A DNA stretch of 64,000 bases from Acidobacteriota bacterium (GCA_046726175.1 JBKPAC010000100.1:4202-68201), one strand, 5' to 3'; numbered from the stretch's first letter, positions 1-9,238 are shown. The notes: generated by a model not told the origin, from the letters alone. Made by a program: numbers and translations.

Positions 1-2
1 AG

Positions 3-1451
3 GTCCTGGCGATTCATGCGCACAATCCGCTCGGGATCTCATACGCGACGGACGTTTATTCGAAATTGGCAGGTGAAAACCTGATGCCCGTCAATGCGCA
101 TGAATTTATTCGCATCGTCACGCATCCAGTCATCGAAAAGTACAAGCCGAAGATCGTTGTCGGTGGACCAGGTGCGTGGCAACTCGAGAAAGCCAATCGG
201 CTTGACGAGTTCAAGATCGACTACTTGATTGACGGCGAGATCGAACGTGTGTTCGGAGATCTTTTCCTGCGCATCATCCAAGGGGATCCAAGCCTGCCAC
301 GGATCATCAAGATTCCGAAGGACATGCAGCCGACTGTAGAAGAAATCCCCGTAGTTAGACATCGTTCGACATTCGGCGTCGTCGAGATCACTCGCGGTTG
401 CGGGCGCGGATGCCAGTTCTGCTCTCCCGCAACTAAGGTGGGTCGTTCATTTCCGCTCGAGCACATTATCGACAGTGTCAAAGTCAATGCGCGAGAAGGA
501 GCAACAGAAGTCATGGTGGCTTCAGAGGACATATTCCTCTATGAGCAGCTACCTAACTTCGAAACAAACGTCCCGGCGTTGGAAACTCTCTTCAAAAGTA
601 TTATTGCCGTTCCCGGCATTCAGACGATTCAGACCTCGCACATCACGATGGCTCCAGTCGTCAAGGATCCGTCCATCATCGAGCGGCTGACGCCGTTGCT
701 TGTTCCTTACTCGCATCTTCATCACGAAGCTTCGACTGATCCGAACAAGTGTGTAGCGGACCCGATCATCGGATTAGAAACAGGCAGTCCAAGGCTCTTC
801 AATACCTACATGAAGGGCAAGGCCTACCCTTATCGAGCTAATCAGTGGCGTGATGTGGTTGTTAAAGGAATGGAGATTCTCAACCGGCACAACTGGTTTC
901 CGTTCTGCACATTCATCATCGGGTTGCCAGGAGAAACGGACGAAGATACAAAGCAATCTCTAGACCTCCTGTTCGATCTTCGTCACGCCAAAGGAATGTT
1001 CGTGCCGACCTTCTTCGTGCCTCTGGAAAATACCAGAATGGAAAAGAAGGATGGAGCGAAACTGATCGAGATGACTGACCTGCAGTGGGAATTCTTCTTC
1101 ACTTGCTGGAAATACAATATGGAGTTTTGGCGAGGTGGCAGTCGCTCGAGCATGAAGTTCTCACTCGGAGTTCCCATCTACTACAGCATGCTCGGGAAGA
1201 AACTCTTCGGCAACGGGATCAAGTACCCGCTCTGGCGCTTCGCAGGCGTACCGGATCGGCTAATGCGAAAGCGTCTGTATTTGGACTTCACAGGCTACAA
1301 ACGGAATCCCGCAGGTATGGATCCTCTGGAGAAAGAGATCCTCCCAGCCTTCCAGACTGTGCGTGAGAAGGGGTTGAACATGATTGATGCAAGCCAGCTG
1401 CATCACATCTCGCAAACCTCGAGCGAATCCATCCACGCTTCAGGAGACTAA
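3..1451 (+). CDS. B12-binding-domain radical SAM protein (5' end cut by window edge)
   Basis: The frame is open from the window edge with no stop between 3 and 66. EITRGCGRGCQFCS carries the CxxxCxxC radical-SAM cluster motif. TAA stop at 1449-1451. Confidence 0.8.
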   Translation, partial: VLAIHAHNPLGISYATDVYSKLAGENLMPVNAHEFIRIVTHPVIEKYKPKIVVGGPGAWQLEKANRLDEFKIDYLIDGEIERVFGDLFLRIIQGDPSLPRIIKIPKDMQPTVEEIPVVRHRSTFGVVEITRGCGRGCQFCSPATKVGRSFPLEHIIDSVKVNAREGATEVMVASEDIFLYEQLPNFETNVPALETLFKSIIAVPGIQTIQTSHITMAPVVKDPSIIERLTPLLVPYSHLHHEASTDPNKCVADPIIGLETGSPRLFNTYMKGKAYPYRANQWRDVVVKGMEILNRHNWFPFCTFIIGLPGETDEDTKQSLDLLFDLRHAKGMFVPTFFVPLENTRMEKKDGAKLIEMTDLQWEFFFTCWKYNMEFWRGGSRSSMKFSLGVPIYYSMLGKKLFGNGIKYPLWRFAGVPDRLMRKRLYLDFTGYKRNPAGMDPLEKEILPAFQTVREKGLNMIDASQLHHISQTSSESIHASGD

Positions 1452-1465
1452 GCCACGAAGAGAAG

Positions 1466-1565
1466 TTAGCCGCGGATTAACGCAGATAAGACGGATCAAA
1501 CAAAGAGAGATTGACTCTTTCTTCTCTTGTTCTGATCCGTTTTATCCGCGTTAATCCGCGGCTAA
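1466..1565. repeat. Inverted-repeat hairpin element, GCCGCGGATTAACGCGGAT family (copy 1)
   Basis: The left arm ttagccgcggattaacgcagataagacggatca is mirrored by tgatccgttttatccgcgttaatccgcggctaa. It lies between two convergent gene ends. Confidence 0.85.
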
Positions 1566-1578
1566 TTCTTATCCGCGG

Positions 1579-4500
1579 CTAGAATTTGAATTTCAGAGCG
1601 AACTGTAGTTGCCTCGAAGAGCCAGAGTCGCCAGTGGCAAACCGAGTATTAGTGATCTGACCGAAGTTCGCACTTCCCACAACGCGTCCGGGCTGACCGA
1701 AGTTAGCGTGGTTGAAAAGGTCGAAGATCTCAGCCCGAAATTCAATGAGCTTGTCCTCGGTAAGCTTCGTACGCTTAATGACTGAAAAATCAATGTTGTT
1801 GAATGCCGGACCAATAACTACGTTGCGCCCGAGATTGCCAAAGCGTCCACTCGGAACTACGAAAGGCGCTATATCGAACCAGCGATTCGGAGTTCCGAGA
1901 ATCGTAATTGGACCAGTCACATCCGGTCGAACGGTATTGTTTGTTCCAGTGAAGGCGGCGTTGTTCACCACGATTGTCACCGGATTCCCCGTTTGCGACT
2001 GCACGATTGATGAAAGTTGCCATCCTTCGACCAATTGATTGCCTTTGAACGGAAGCTCGTACAAGCCGCTAACTACAAACCGGTGTCGGGCGTCGAAGTC
2101 CGACAGCCCACGGTTGCTTCGCACGTCGAAGCTGTTCTGCACAATCACGCCTTGCGAGTTGAGCGAGTTGTAATCGATTGATTTCGAGAAAGTGTACGAA
2201 GCGTTGAATTGCAGCCCACGTGCCAATCGTTTGTTTGCGGTTACCCAAAGAGCGTGATAGATCGAGTTTCCGCTACCTTCAATCTGCACGATATTGGTTA
2301 ACGTGGCCCCAGGTCGTATCGGACTGCTGCTCGACACGGTGGGAAAGGGTCTTGCGCCGCCATTAATCGGCTGATTGATGTTGCGCGCAATACGCAAATG
2401 GGTGCCCTTGTTTCCGAAGTAGCCCACCGTCAGAGCCAGGCCTGAAGTAATTTCACGCTGGACGTTCAGGTTCCAGGATTGCACATAGGCGTTGTGGTAA
2501 TCGGGATCGACGTTGTTTGGAGCAAGCCCTGCTGCAGCACTGCCCGGATTCTGGAATGAAATATTTCCAGTTGTAACGTTGATCGGCGTAGCTAACGGCG
2601 GATTCGACGTTAATGGGGTAACAACGTTCGTAACAGGTTGGTCCGTGAGTATCGAGTACGCAGCCCTCACAGAAGTCTTCCCATCCTTGAACGGATCCCA
2701 CGCAATACCTACGCGGGGTTCGAAATTCTTGTTGTTTTGAGCATAGACGTCATCAAATCCATTCGTGCCGATCTGGAAAAGCGAACGCGTCGCGGGATCG
2801 AAAATGACGAACCGATTAAATCGTTCCGTTGGAGACATGTTCCAGTCGTAACGGAAACCAAGCTCGAGCGTGAGATTGGGTCGCAATTTGTAGTTGTCCT
2901 GTACGTAGAGCCCGAGCGCTCCCTGAGCAATCGCACTTGAGCGATCGCCGAGCGTGATGTTGAACAACGTGGCATTCTGTCCACTAAGGAACGTGTTTAC
3001 ATTCGCGAAAGTGAACGTGCCGGTGTCGAGAGTGAAATTGTTGTTGTAGAACCGGCGCCACTCACCTCCGAACTTCAATGAATGCTTTCCGCGCAGATAA
3101 CTCAGTGTGTCTGAAACTACATACGTGGTATCTGAGCGTCCCTGCGGGAAAGCTGCCGGTCCACCAAGGTTGAAGTTAAACCCTGTAATGCTGATCTGAG
3201 AGATGCCGATCGGCTGGTGAACACCGTTGTTGATGTTGAAGTCCTCAGGGTTTGCCCGGAAGTTCGGGGTGAATGTGATGTGTATGCGGTTGAAACCAAA
3301 ACGCGCCTCGTTCACGACGTTTGCACCGAAGGTATGCGTTTCGTTCAACGTGAAGATTTGCCGCCGTGATTGGCGAGTGTCACCAAATCCCGGCATCGTA
3401 TTTAGCTGAAGGTTCGGTTCGCCGCGGAAATCGCGTTGAAGAGCATAATAACCGTGCAGACGATCGTTCTCGCCAATGATGTGGCTTACATCAATTGTTC
3501 CCTGGTCGAGGTTCACGGGAGCCGTGCCTGAACCGCTAAACCGGGCGACAGGTACGCCGTTAACGATGTCCACACTCGTGGCCCGCGGAATCAATGGCAA
3601 CAATTTCACTACGGTGGGATTGGTAGCACTCGCGCGTTGAGCATCGGTTAATACGTTGCTCGTCAGCGTCAATCCTTGTCGCTGTCGCAAGCCTTCATAG
3701 CTGAAGAAGAAGAACGTTCTGTTCTTCCCTTTATAACTGAGGTATGGTCCGCCTTCGCCGAAATGAGGTATATTCACCGGCCCGCCAATATTGAATCCAA
3801 ACTGGTTGCGCTTGAAAGGTGGTTTCTTCGCGTCAAAGAAATTGCGAGCATCGAGCGCCTCATTTCTCAGAAATTCAAAAAACTCTCCGTGATAGACGTT
3901 AGTTCCCGAGCTAGTTGCGATATTAACTATTGCGCCTGAGTTCCGTCCGTACTCTGCGCTGAAGGTTGAGTTATCAACCTTGAATTCCTGGACGGTATTG
4001 ATCGACGGCTGGAACGTGATTTGATTCTGGACCATGTCGTTCAGGTTGACGCCATTAATCATGAAGTTAACTGTGTCTTCACGATTTCCCGCCGTGTTGA
4101 ATGCGAATGAACCCTGACCGCGAAGCGGTGCCGTAAGAAAACCGTTTTGCGGCGGCGTAACGGAGCCAGGAATGAGAAGACCAAGGTCAACGAAGTGCCT
4201 TCCGTTCAGCGGAATCTCCTGAACAGTGCGCTGGTTGATAACCGTTCCGACCGAGGTGGTAGCGGTCTCGATGACCGGCGTGTCGGAAATTACCTGGACC
4301 TGCTGCGAGATGTCGCCAACCTCGAGTTGGAAGTTCAGCACGACGGTTCGAGCAACCTCAACCGGGACAACATCAACGGTATTGGTCTTGAAGCCCTGTA
4401 GTTTGACCTCGACGCTGTAGTTTCCGACAGGGAGCGCTGCAACTTGGTAGTTGCCAATACTGTCCGTCTGCGTGGTCCGCTCGAATGATGTAGCGCGGTT

Positions 4501-4665
4501 GCGGACAGTAACAGTAGCGTTGGGGACAACCGCTCCTTTCTGGTCCGTCACAGTGCCTTGTAACGTTGCGGATGATTGGGCAAGCGCAGTGCTTGCCGTC
4601 ACGGCCATAAAAAACGGGATAGCGAAAAGAATAATCGCGTAAACAAATATATTTCGAAGCCGCAT
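1579..4665 (-). CDS. TonB-dependent receptor with N-terminal carboxypeptidase-regulatory-like domain
   Basis: Start moved to ATG 4665, which is preceded by TAAGGAGG. Signal peptide MRLRNIFVYAIILFAIPFFMAVTASTALAQ is followed by a GTVTDQKGAVVPNATVTV CarboxypepD_reg-like segment. It is a long beta-barrel-type protein with a C-terminal ...FALKFKF. The ORF-track extension to 4950 has no support. Confidence 0.85.
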   Translation of the reverse strand: MRLRNIFVYAIILFAIPFFMAVTASTALAQSSATLQGTVTDQKGAVVPNATVTVRNRATSFERTTQTDSIGNYQVAALPVGNYSVEVKLQGFKTNTVDVVPVEVARTVVLNFQLEVGDISQQVQVISDTPVIETATTSVGTVINQRTVQEIPLNGRHFVDLGLLIPGSVTPPQNGFLTAPLRGQGSFAFNTAGNREDTVNFMINGVNLNDMVQNQITFQPSINTVQEFKVDNSTFSAEYGRNSGAIVNIATSSGTNVYHGEFFEFLRNEALDARNFFDAKKPPFKRNQFGFNIGGPVNIPHFGEGGPYLSYKGKNRTFFFFSYEGLRQRQGLTLTSNVLTDAQRASATNPTVVKLLPLIPRATSVDIVNGVPVARFSGSGTAPVNLDQGTIDVSHIIGENDRLHGYYALQRDFRGEPNLQLNTMPGFGDTRQSRRQIFTLNETHTFGANVVNEARFGFNRIHITFTPNFRANPEDFNINNGVHQPIGISQISITGFNFNLGGPAAFPQGRSDTTYVVSDTLSYLRGKHSLKFGGEWRRFYNNNFTLDTGTFTFANVNTFLSGQNATLFNITLGDRSSAIAQGALGLYVQDNYKLRPNLTLELGFRYDWNMSPTERFNRFVIFDPATRSLFQIGTNGFDDVYAQNNKNFEPRVGIAWDPFKDGKTSVRAAYSILTDQPVTNVVTPLTSNPPLATPINVTTGNISFQNPGSAAAGLAPNNVDPDYHNAYVQSWNLNVQREITSGLALTVGYFGNKGTHLRIARNINQPINGGARPFPTVSSSSPIRPGATLTNIVQIEGSGNSIYHALWVTANKRLARGLQFNASYTFSKSIDYNSLNSQGVIVQNSFDVRSNRGLSDFDARHRFVVSGLYELPFKGNQLVEGWQLSSIVQSQTGNPVTIVVNNAAFTGTNNTVRPDVTGPITILGTPNRWFDIAPFVVPSGRFGNLGRNVVIGPAFNNIDFSVIKRTKLTEDKLIEFRAEIFDLFNHANFGQPGRVVGSANFGQITNTRFATGDSGSSRQLQFALKFKF

Positions 4666-4979
4666 GGATGCCTCCTTAGAGCGTTGGGAAGAGTTCAGGG
4701 TTCTATGCAGTCTGGTACCCGGCGGAAAGAACCGGTTTGAAATCAGGTACTCAGGGGATTGAAGTTCAGCTTGCCGCATGACTTGAGTTGGATCAGCCAG
4801 GGGAGTAATTAAGCGATGAGCAAGTAAGGTGCCGCATCTCGCAGGAAAGATGCGTTGTTTTATCGAGAAAAGACGCCCGCTCGTCCCACGATCATCCGAA
4901 AACTCCAATAGGCCGATCCAAATCCGTAGATTTGGAAGCGGCCCATTCATGTTCCACGAAGCGAACGATCGCTCTCATT

Positions 4980-5870
4980 TCATGACCAACTGACCAGGTA
5001 CTCGCGTAACGTGCCATACAGCGAGGCGAATGAGTCGGCGCAGAAGAGCACCGGTTGATAGTGTGTCGGGTCGTACTGTCGCGCTATCACGGCGTCAATA
5101 TCTAACGGACGCAGCTCGGCTGCCCCCATCTCTTCGAGTTCTCCTGCCGACGAGAGAAGCCCAGTTCCATAAGCCTTAACCGCATCGCCCTCGAGCAACA
5201 CACCAAACTCAATGGTGAACCAGTAGAGACGTGACAACAGCAACAGACGATCGGCAGATGACGTACGCTTCACGGCTTCACCAAACAGTCGATTGAGCTC
5301 GGCCAGAGGTTCGCTTGCCAGAGTCACGGCATGCCCGATGATCTCGTGGGCCACATCCGGTTCGGGGGTATACAACGGAGTCGAGTGGTGGCGAATGTAC
5401 TGAGTGCAGAGAAACACACCGTTCGCCAGGTTCTCGAGAAACACTCGCGGCTCGACCAGTCCTGCGACAGGCTCAAGCCGAAAGCCGCTGATGGCTTCGA
5501 CTCGTTTGCTTACTTCCCGCAACTGCGGGATCCGTTCGGTGTCGAAATCCAAACGATTCAAGGACGCCAGGTATTCTGCGCAGGCGTGTCGAGCATGTGC
5601 CGGCTTGAGTGCTTTCCAGATCGCGCTCCATACCTGATGTTCTTCCTCACTGTAAGGCGCATCCGGAATTGGTTGCCCGGGTCGATAGCCGAGTGCAATC
5701 TTCGCGATGCGATTACGTCGCCGGCGGTACTCGGGATCTCGAAAGCCCGGATGATCCGGATCCAACTGAACGATGTTATTTCTATCTGCGATCAGCTCAT
5801 CTTCCTCAACGCCGACCATTCGCATATCCACGTGGTCAATAAGTGGCGATTGTTCTACCTGGGTTTCCAT
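4980..5870 (-). CDS. phhA: Phenylalanine 4-hydroxylase (biopterin-dependent aromatic amino acid hydroxylase)
   Basis: 296 aa. DPEYRRRRNRIA, PEPDVAHEIIGH and GLLSSxGE-type segments are typical of PhhA. Confidence 0.85.
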   Translation of the reverse strand: METQVEQSPLIDHVDMRMVGVEEDELIADRNNIVQLDPDHPGFRDPEYRRRRNRIAKIALGYRPGQPIPDAPYSEEEHQVWSAIWKALKPAHARHACAEYLASLNRLDFDTERIPQLREVSKRVEAISGFRLEPVAGLVEPRVFLENLANGVFLCTQYIRHHSTPLYTPEPDVAHEIIGHAVTLASEPLAELNRLFGEAVKRTSSADRLLLLSRLYWFTIEFGVLLEGDAVKAYGTGLLSSAGELEEMGAAELRPLDIDAVIARQYDPTHYQPVLFCADSFASLYGTLREYLVSWS

Positions 5871-5905
5871 GATTCACGCCTTTCAAAGTAGATTTTTTAA
5901 AAACC

Positions 5906-5952
5906 AAAAAAACCGGCCACCCATCCTTCCTACTGGAAGGACCGGTGGCCGG
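5906..5952 (-). terminator. Intrinsic terminator (18-position stem plus U7) 35 nt upstream of the phhA start; proposed conditional terminator of an attenuator
   Basis: On the minus strand, CCGGCCACCGGUCCUUCC-AGUA-GGAAGGAUGGGUGGCCGG is followed by UUUUUUU. The stem has 1 mismatch and 1 G:U pair. Confidence 0.8.
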
Positions 5953-5974
5953 CTTTTGGAAATTGTCTTTAGCG

Positions 5975-6076
5975 CTAAGTGGTCATCGCGCAGTGACAAG
6001 CCATCGCCCGACCGTCCCTCCAGCAGGAGAGCGGACCGTAATAATAGTAGCGATAGCTGTTGCGCTGTCTGACCAT
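5975..6076 (-). CDS. Candidate leader peptide MVRQRNSYRYYYYGPLSCWRDGRAMACHCAMTT (Tyr-codon run)
   Basis: ATG at 6076 and TAG at 5977-5975. Codons 8-13 read TAT CGC TAC TAT TAT TAC. The other two frames across the run have no start codon. No clear Shine-Dalgarno precedes the ATG. Confidence 0.5.
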   Translation of the reverse strand: MVRQRNSYRYYYYGPLSCWRDGRAMACHCAMTT

Positions 6077-6107
6077 CGTTTAAGAGGGCAACTGCCCTAC
6101 GCGGCTA

Positions 6108-6137
6108 AGAATAGTCAGGTGTGGTTGAATCAGTCAA
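6108..6137 (-). promoter_or_regulatory. Sigma70-like promoter TTGACT-18 nt-TATTCT driving the leader/phhA transcript
   Basis: On the minus strand the -35 TTGACT is at 6137-6132 and the -10 TATTCT is at 6113-6108, with an 18-nt spacer. It lies about 30 nt upstream of the leader ATG. Confidence 0.5.
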
Positions 6138-6143
6138 GGCGAG

Positions 6144-6221
6144 GGGAGCGCGGGCGTCTCGCCCGCCGGGAAGATTATAGGTCATAGGGATCCAGGAGCC
6201 GGCCGAGACGCCCGCGCTCCC
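6144..6221. repeat. Inverted-repeat hairpin, GGGAGCGCGGGCGTCTCGCCCGC family (copy 1)
   Basis: gggagcgcgggcgtctcg (6144-6161) is mirrored by cgagacgcccgcgctccc (6204-6221). It lies just downstream of the LigD-Pol gene stop. Confidence 0.85.
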
Positions 6222-6226
6222 AGTGA

Positions 6227-7231
6227 TTACGGTAACTTTAACGTCTGGCGCGCTGAGAAGAATTCGGACCAGCGATTACCGTTTTTCGCCAGTATGGACG
6301 GCACATTCTCAAGTGTGAAGTCTGTAATCTTGACCCCTCGTTCCACTTGTTTCCAGGTCAGCGGCATCGAAACAGTTGCCTTTGGTTTTGCTCGTACTGT
6401 GAGGACCGACGCCAGACTCTTTCCGCGCGCATTTTGCATGGAATCAACGTAGACCTGCGTCGGTTTACGTTTTGCTATCGATCGTTCGACCGTGGCGATC
6501 TGCGGAGCTCTTCTGGCGACTTCTCCGGCAAGCATCCTGGCGAACTCAGCAACCTTGTCGTATTCGTTTTTTGGGTTCAACGGCACGTAGATGTGCATAC
6601 CCGAAGAGCCCGACGTTTTTGGAAAGACCTGCAACCCGATCTCGTCACAGACCTCTTTTACTACCAGTGCGACCTGGAGCACATTTTCCCAGGGAGCTTT
6701 CTTCGGATCGAGATCGATGGCAATCCAATCAGGCTTGTCGAGACGCTTGATTGTGGAATGCCAAGGGTGTTGCTCGATTGATCCAAGATTAACAAAGTGC
6801 AGCAGTGAACCGGTGGTTGTATAGACCGCGTAATCAAGTTCTCGTCCTTCCTGGTTCGTTAGCCTCACAGTTTTTATAAAGGCCGGTGCACTTTCCAGGT
6901 CCTGTTGAAAGAACATCGGCGCCTTGATCCCTCTGGGCCAGCGCTGCAGGATTGCCGGCCGATCCTTTAGAAACGGCATGATGTGATCGCTTACGAGGAG
7001 GTAGTAGCAAAGAAGATCGAACTTTGTAAGCTTCTCGTCCGGCCAATAGATCCGATCCAGACTCGTTAACGATACCGACTCTCCTTCGACGTGAAGAATA
7101 AGATCGCCTTTTGGTTTCTTTAACGCGAGAAACTCTTCGACCGAGATCTCGGGACCCTTCTTCTGGGGTGTGCGCTTGACAGCGGAAGTCTTTTGCAGGT
7201 TTTTTGTGCTGCGAGTTGCCATAAGTGTCAT
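6227..7231 (-). CDS. DNA ligase D polymerase (primase-polymerase) domain protein, stand-alone
   Basis: DKPDWIAIDLDP and SGSSGMHIYVPL motifs are typical of the LigD PolDom/AEP fold. At about 334 aa it has no ligase or nuclease domain. An alternative start is ATG 7222. Confidence 0.75.
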   Translation of the reverse strand: MTLMATRSTKNLQKTSAVKRTPQKKGPEISVEEFLALKKPKGDLILHVEGESVSLTSLDRIYWPDEKLTKFDLLCYYLLVSDHIMPFLKDRPAILQRWPRGIKAPMFFQQDLESAPAFIKTVRLTNQEGRELDYAVYTTTGSLLHFVNLGSIEQHPWHSTIKRLDKPDWIAIDLDPKKAPWENVLQVALVVKEVCDEIGLQVFPKTSGSSGMHIYVPLNPKNEYDKVAEFARMLAGEVARRAPQIATVERSIAKRKPTQVYVDSMQNARGKSLASVLTVRAKPKATVSMPLTWKQVERGVKITDFTLENVPSILAKNGNRWSEFFSARQTLKLP

Positions 7232-7400
7232 TCAAGTTACCGCTGGTTCCGAGCAACCGCAACTTCCGTCAAGACCATTTCTCGACAACTTCACAATCCG
7301 ACCGTCAAAGTTTTTTATTAGCATGGACCATCCCCACAAGTGCGTCGATGCGCTTATTTTCCTTCATACGAGCTTTTTTGTGTTAACGAAAGGGAAGAAG

Positions 7401-8087
7401 ATGCGTAATGTCATAAAAGGTAGACGGGCCGTAGATGTATTAATCGTGACCGTGTTACTGGCGGTTTCACATGGGATTACTACTCCACCTACAGCTGCGA
7501 CCGGTAAAGCTGGACCAACAGGAAACTTCTCACCTGAAACGCTTCGCTTTCGAATCGATCCCAGTCAAAGCAAGTTTGTGGGCCGAGCGTTCGCGGGCGG
7601 ACTACTGTGGTTTAAGGGCCACGATCACCTGATTGCTGCTCGTGAGTTTTCTGGCGAGGCTGAGCTCACACCAAATTCCATTACTCCGGCCTCGCTGCAA
7701 TTAACAGTAAAGGCTGATTCGCTGGTCGAAACTCGAGACGTCTTTACGGACCAGCAGAAACAGATCATTAACAAAGAATTGCGAGAGATCGTTCTTGAGC
7801 CTGCAAAGTATCCCGAGATCACTTTTCGCAGTACAGAAGTGACGGGAAAACTCCAGGGTGGCCGTTACGAAGTGAAAATCGCCGGCAATTTGACCTTGCA
7901 CGGTGTCACGAAAAGAATAGTGATTCCCGCTGACGTAACGCTGACCGGGAACGATCTACGTTCCGTTGGCAAGTTCACGATAGATCGAGGCGACTTTGGC
8001 GTAAAAGCTACATCTGCGGTCCATGGTCTGGTGCGCGTGCGTGACACGATCGAATTCACGTTCGACATCGTGGGGCACCGAATGTGA
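7401..8087 (+). CDS. YceI-family (polyisoprenoid-binding-like) periplasmic protein
   Basis: Start set at ATG 7401 after GGGAAGAAG. It has an N-terminal hydrophobic segment and YceI-like segments (SKFVGRAF, HGVTKRIVIPADV). Confidence 0.7.
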   Translation: MRNVIKGRRAVDVLIVTVLLAVSHGITTPPTAATGKAGPTGNFSPETLRFRIDPSQSKFVGRAFAGGLLWFKGHDHLIAAREFSGEAELTPNSITPASLQLTVKADSLVETRDVFTDQQKQIINKELREIVLEPAKYPEITFRSTEVTGKLQGGRYEVKIAGNLTLHGVTKRIVIPADVTLTGNDLRSVGKFTIDRGDFGVKATSAVHGLVRVRDTIEFTFDIVGHRM

Positions 8088-8095
8088 GGGGGAAA

Positions 8096-8193
8096 TTAGC
8101 CGCGGATAAACGCGGATTAGACGGATCAAAAAAGCAAACGCATCTCAACTCTCTCTGCTTTTGATCGGTCTGATCAGCGTTAATCCGCGGCTG
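8096..8193. repeat. Inverted-repeat hairpin, GCCGCGGATTAACGCGGAT family (copy 2)
   Basis: ttagccgcggataaacgcggattagacggatcaaaa ... ttgatcggtctgatcagcgttaatccgcggct. It lies between the convergent yceI-like and galE ends. Confidence 0.85.
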
Positions 8194-8214
8194 GTTTTCT
8201 TCGCTGGGCTAGCC

Positions 8215-9192
8215 TCAATCCTCGTAGCCATTCGGATGGGCCAACATCCAATTCCATGCCGACTGGACGATGGAATGCAAATCCTGATATCGCGGCTGCC
8301 ACCCTAGCTCGCGCTTGATCTTTTCCGAGCTGGCGATCAGGACTGGAGGATCGCCCGGACGCCTTGGACCAATTCGCACAGGGATCTCTTTTCCAGTTAC
8401 ATCTCTCGCAACTTCAATAACCTGCCGGACGCTATACCCCGAACCACCGCAACCCAAATTGTAAATACGACTGTCCTGAGTCAACTCGAGCGCGAGAATA
8501 TGAGCTTCAGCCAAGTCAATCACATGAATGTAATCTCGTATGCACGTGCCATCCGGCGTAGCGTAATCATCACCAAAGATTTCCACATGCGAACGTTTCC
8601 CAGCCGCTGCCTGTAACGCAATCGGAATAATGTGTGGTTCCGGATCGTGCACCTCGCCACATTTTTCACTTGCACCTGCCGCATTGAAGTAGCGCAGCGC
8701 GATGTATCGCAGCCCGTAAGCGCGGTCGTACCACTTCATCGCTTTCTCAAGTGCGAGCTTCGTTTCGCCGTACGGGTTCGTGGGGTTATTTGGAGCGGTC
8801 TCGTCAATAGGTTGCTTTTCCGGTTCACCGTAAGTAGCACATGTCGAGGAGAAAACCAGCTTCAGCACCTTCGCTTGCAACATGGCATCGAGAAGACTGA
8901 GACCTCCGACGACATTATTGTGGTAATACTTCGCAGGCTCTTGAACCGATTCGCCCACCAGCGCAAACGCCGCCATGTGCACGACGGCTTCAATCTTGTT
9001 GCCGGTCAGCGTATCTCGCAAAAGTGCGGTGTCGAGGAGATCTCCCGAGACTAGTGCAGCTCCCTCGACGACAGCGCCTCGATGTCCTTTCGAGAAATTA
9101 TCGTAGACGACGACCTGGTGTCCGCGGTTAATAAGTTGTTCGGTAAGTACGCTACCGATGTAACCTGCGCCACCGGTGACAAGGACTCTCAT
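8215..9192 (-). CDS. galE: UDP-glucose 4-epimerase
   Basis: MRVLVTGGAGYIGS Rossmann start. YxxxK appears as YGETKLALEK. Length is 325 aa. Confidence 0.85.
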   Translation of the reverse strand: MRVLVTGGAGYIGSVLTEQLINRGHQVVVYDNFSKGHRGAVVEGAALVSGDLLDTALLRDTLTGNKIEAVVHMAAFALVGESVQEPAKYYHNNVVGGLSLLDAMLQAKVLKLVFSSTCATYGEPEKQPIDETAPNNPTNPYGETKLALEKAMKWYDRAYGLRYIALRYFNAAGASEKCGEVHDPEPHIIPIALQAAAGKRSHVEIFGDDYATPDGTCIRDYIHVIDLAEAHILALELTQDSRIYNLGCGGSGYSVRQVIEVARDVTGKEIPVRIGPRRPGDPPVLIASSEKIKRELGWQPRYQDLHSIVQSAWNWMLAHPNGYED

Positions 9193-9238
9193 TGGTATTG
9201 ATCCGTGAGATTGGGGTACTGGAACCTGGGGGTTTGGG

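Noticed and set aside
4666-4950. A 95-codon N-terminal extension of the TonB-receptor ORF. Similar extensions occur at 7170-7400, 13075-13143, 18794-18841, 42669-42815, 47813-48037 and 51541-51759.
   Set aside because: In most cases an internal start with a Shine-Dalgarno and/or a signal peptide fits better. The extensions run through repeat hairpins, promoters or the preceding gene.
4666-4979. A possible cobalamin or other riboswitch in the 314-nt leader of the TonB-dependent receptor.
   Set aside because: I could not find a B12-box-like sequence or the conserved GGGAA/GGUG core elements on the minus strand. Only small generic hairpins are present.
5906-6100. A T-box, a THF or glycine riboswitch, or an SRP/6S-type small RNA as the explanation for the structured region upstream of phhA.
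   Set aside because: The GGGUGG-like stretch lies in the 3' arm of the terminator rather than in an antiterminator bulge. There are no specifier-loop features, and the SRP GGAA/AGCA motifs and riboswitch cores are absent. The leader-peptide model explains the region better.
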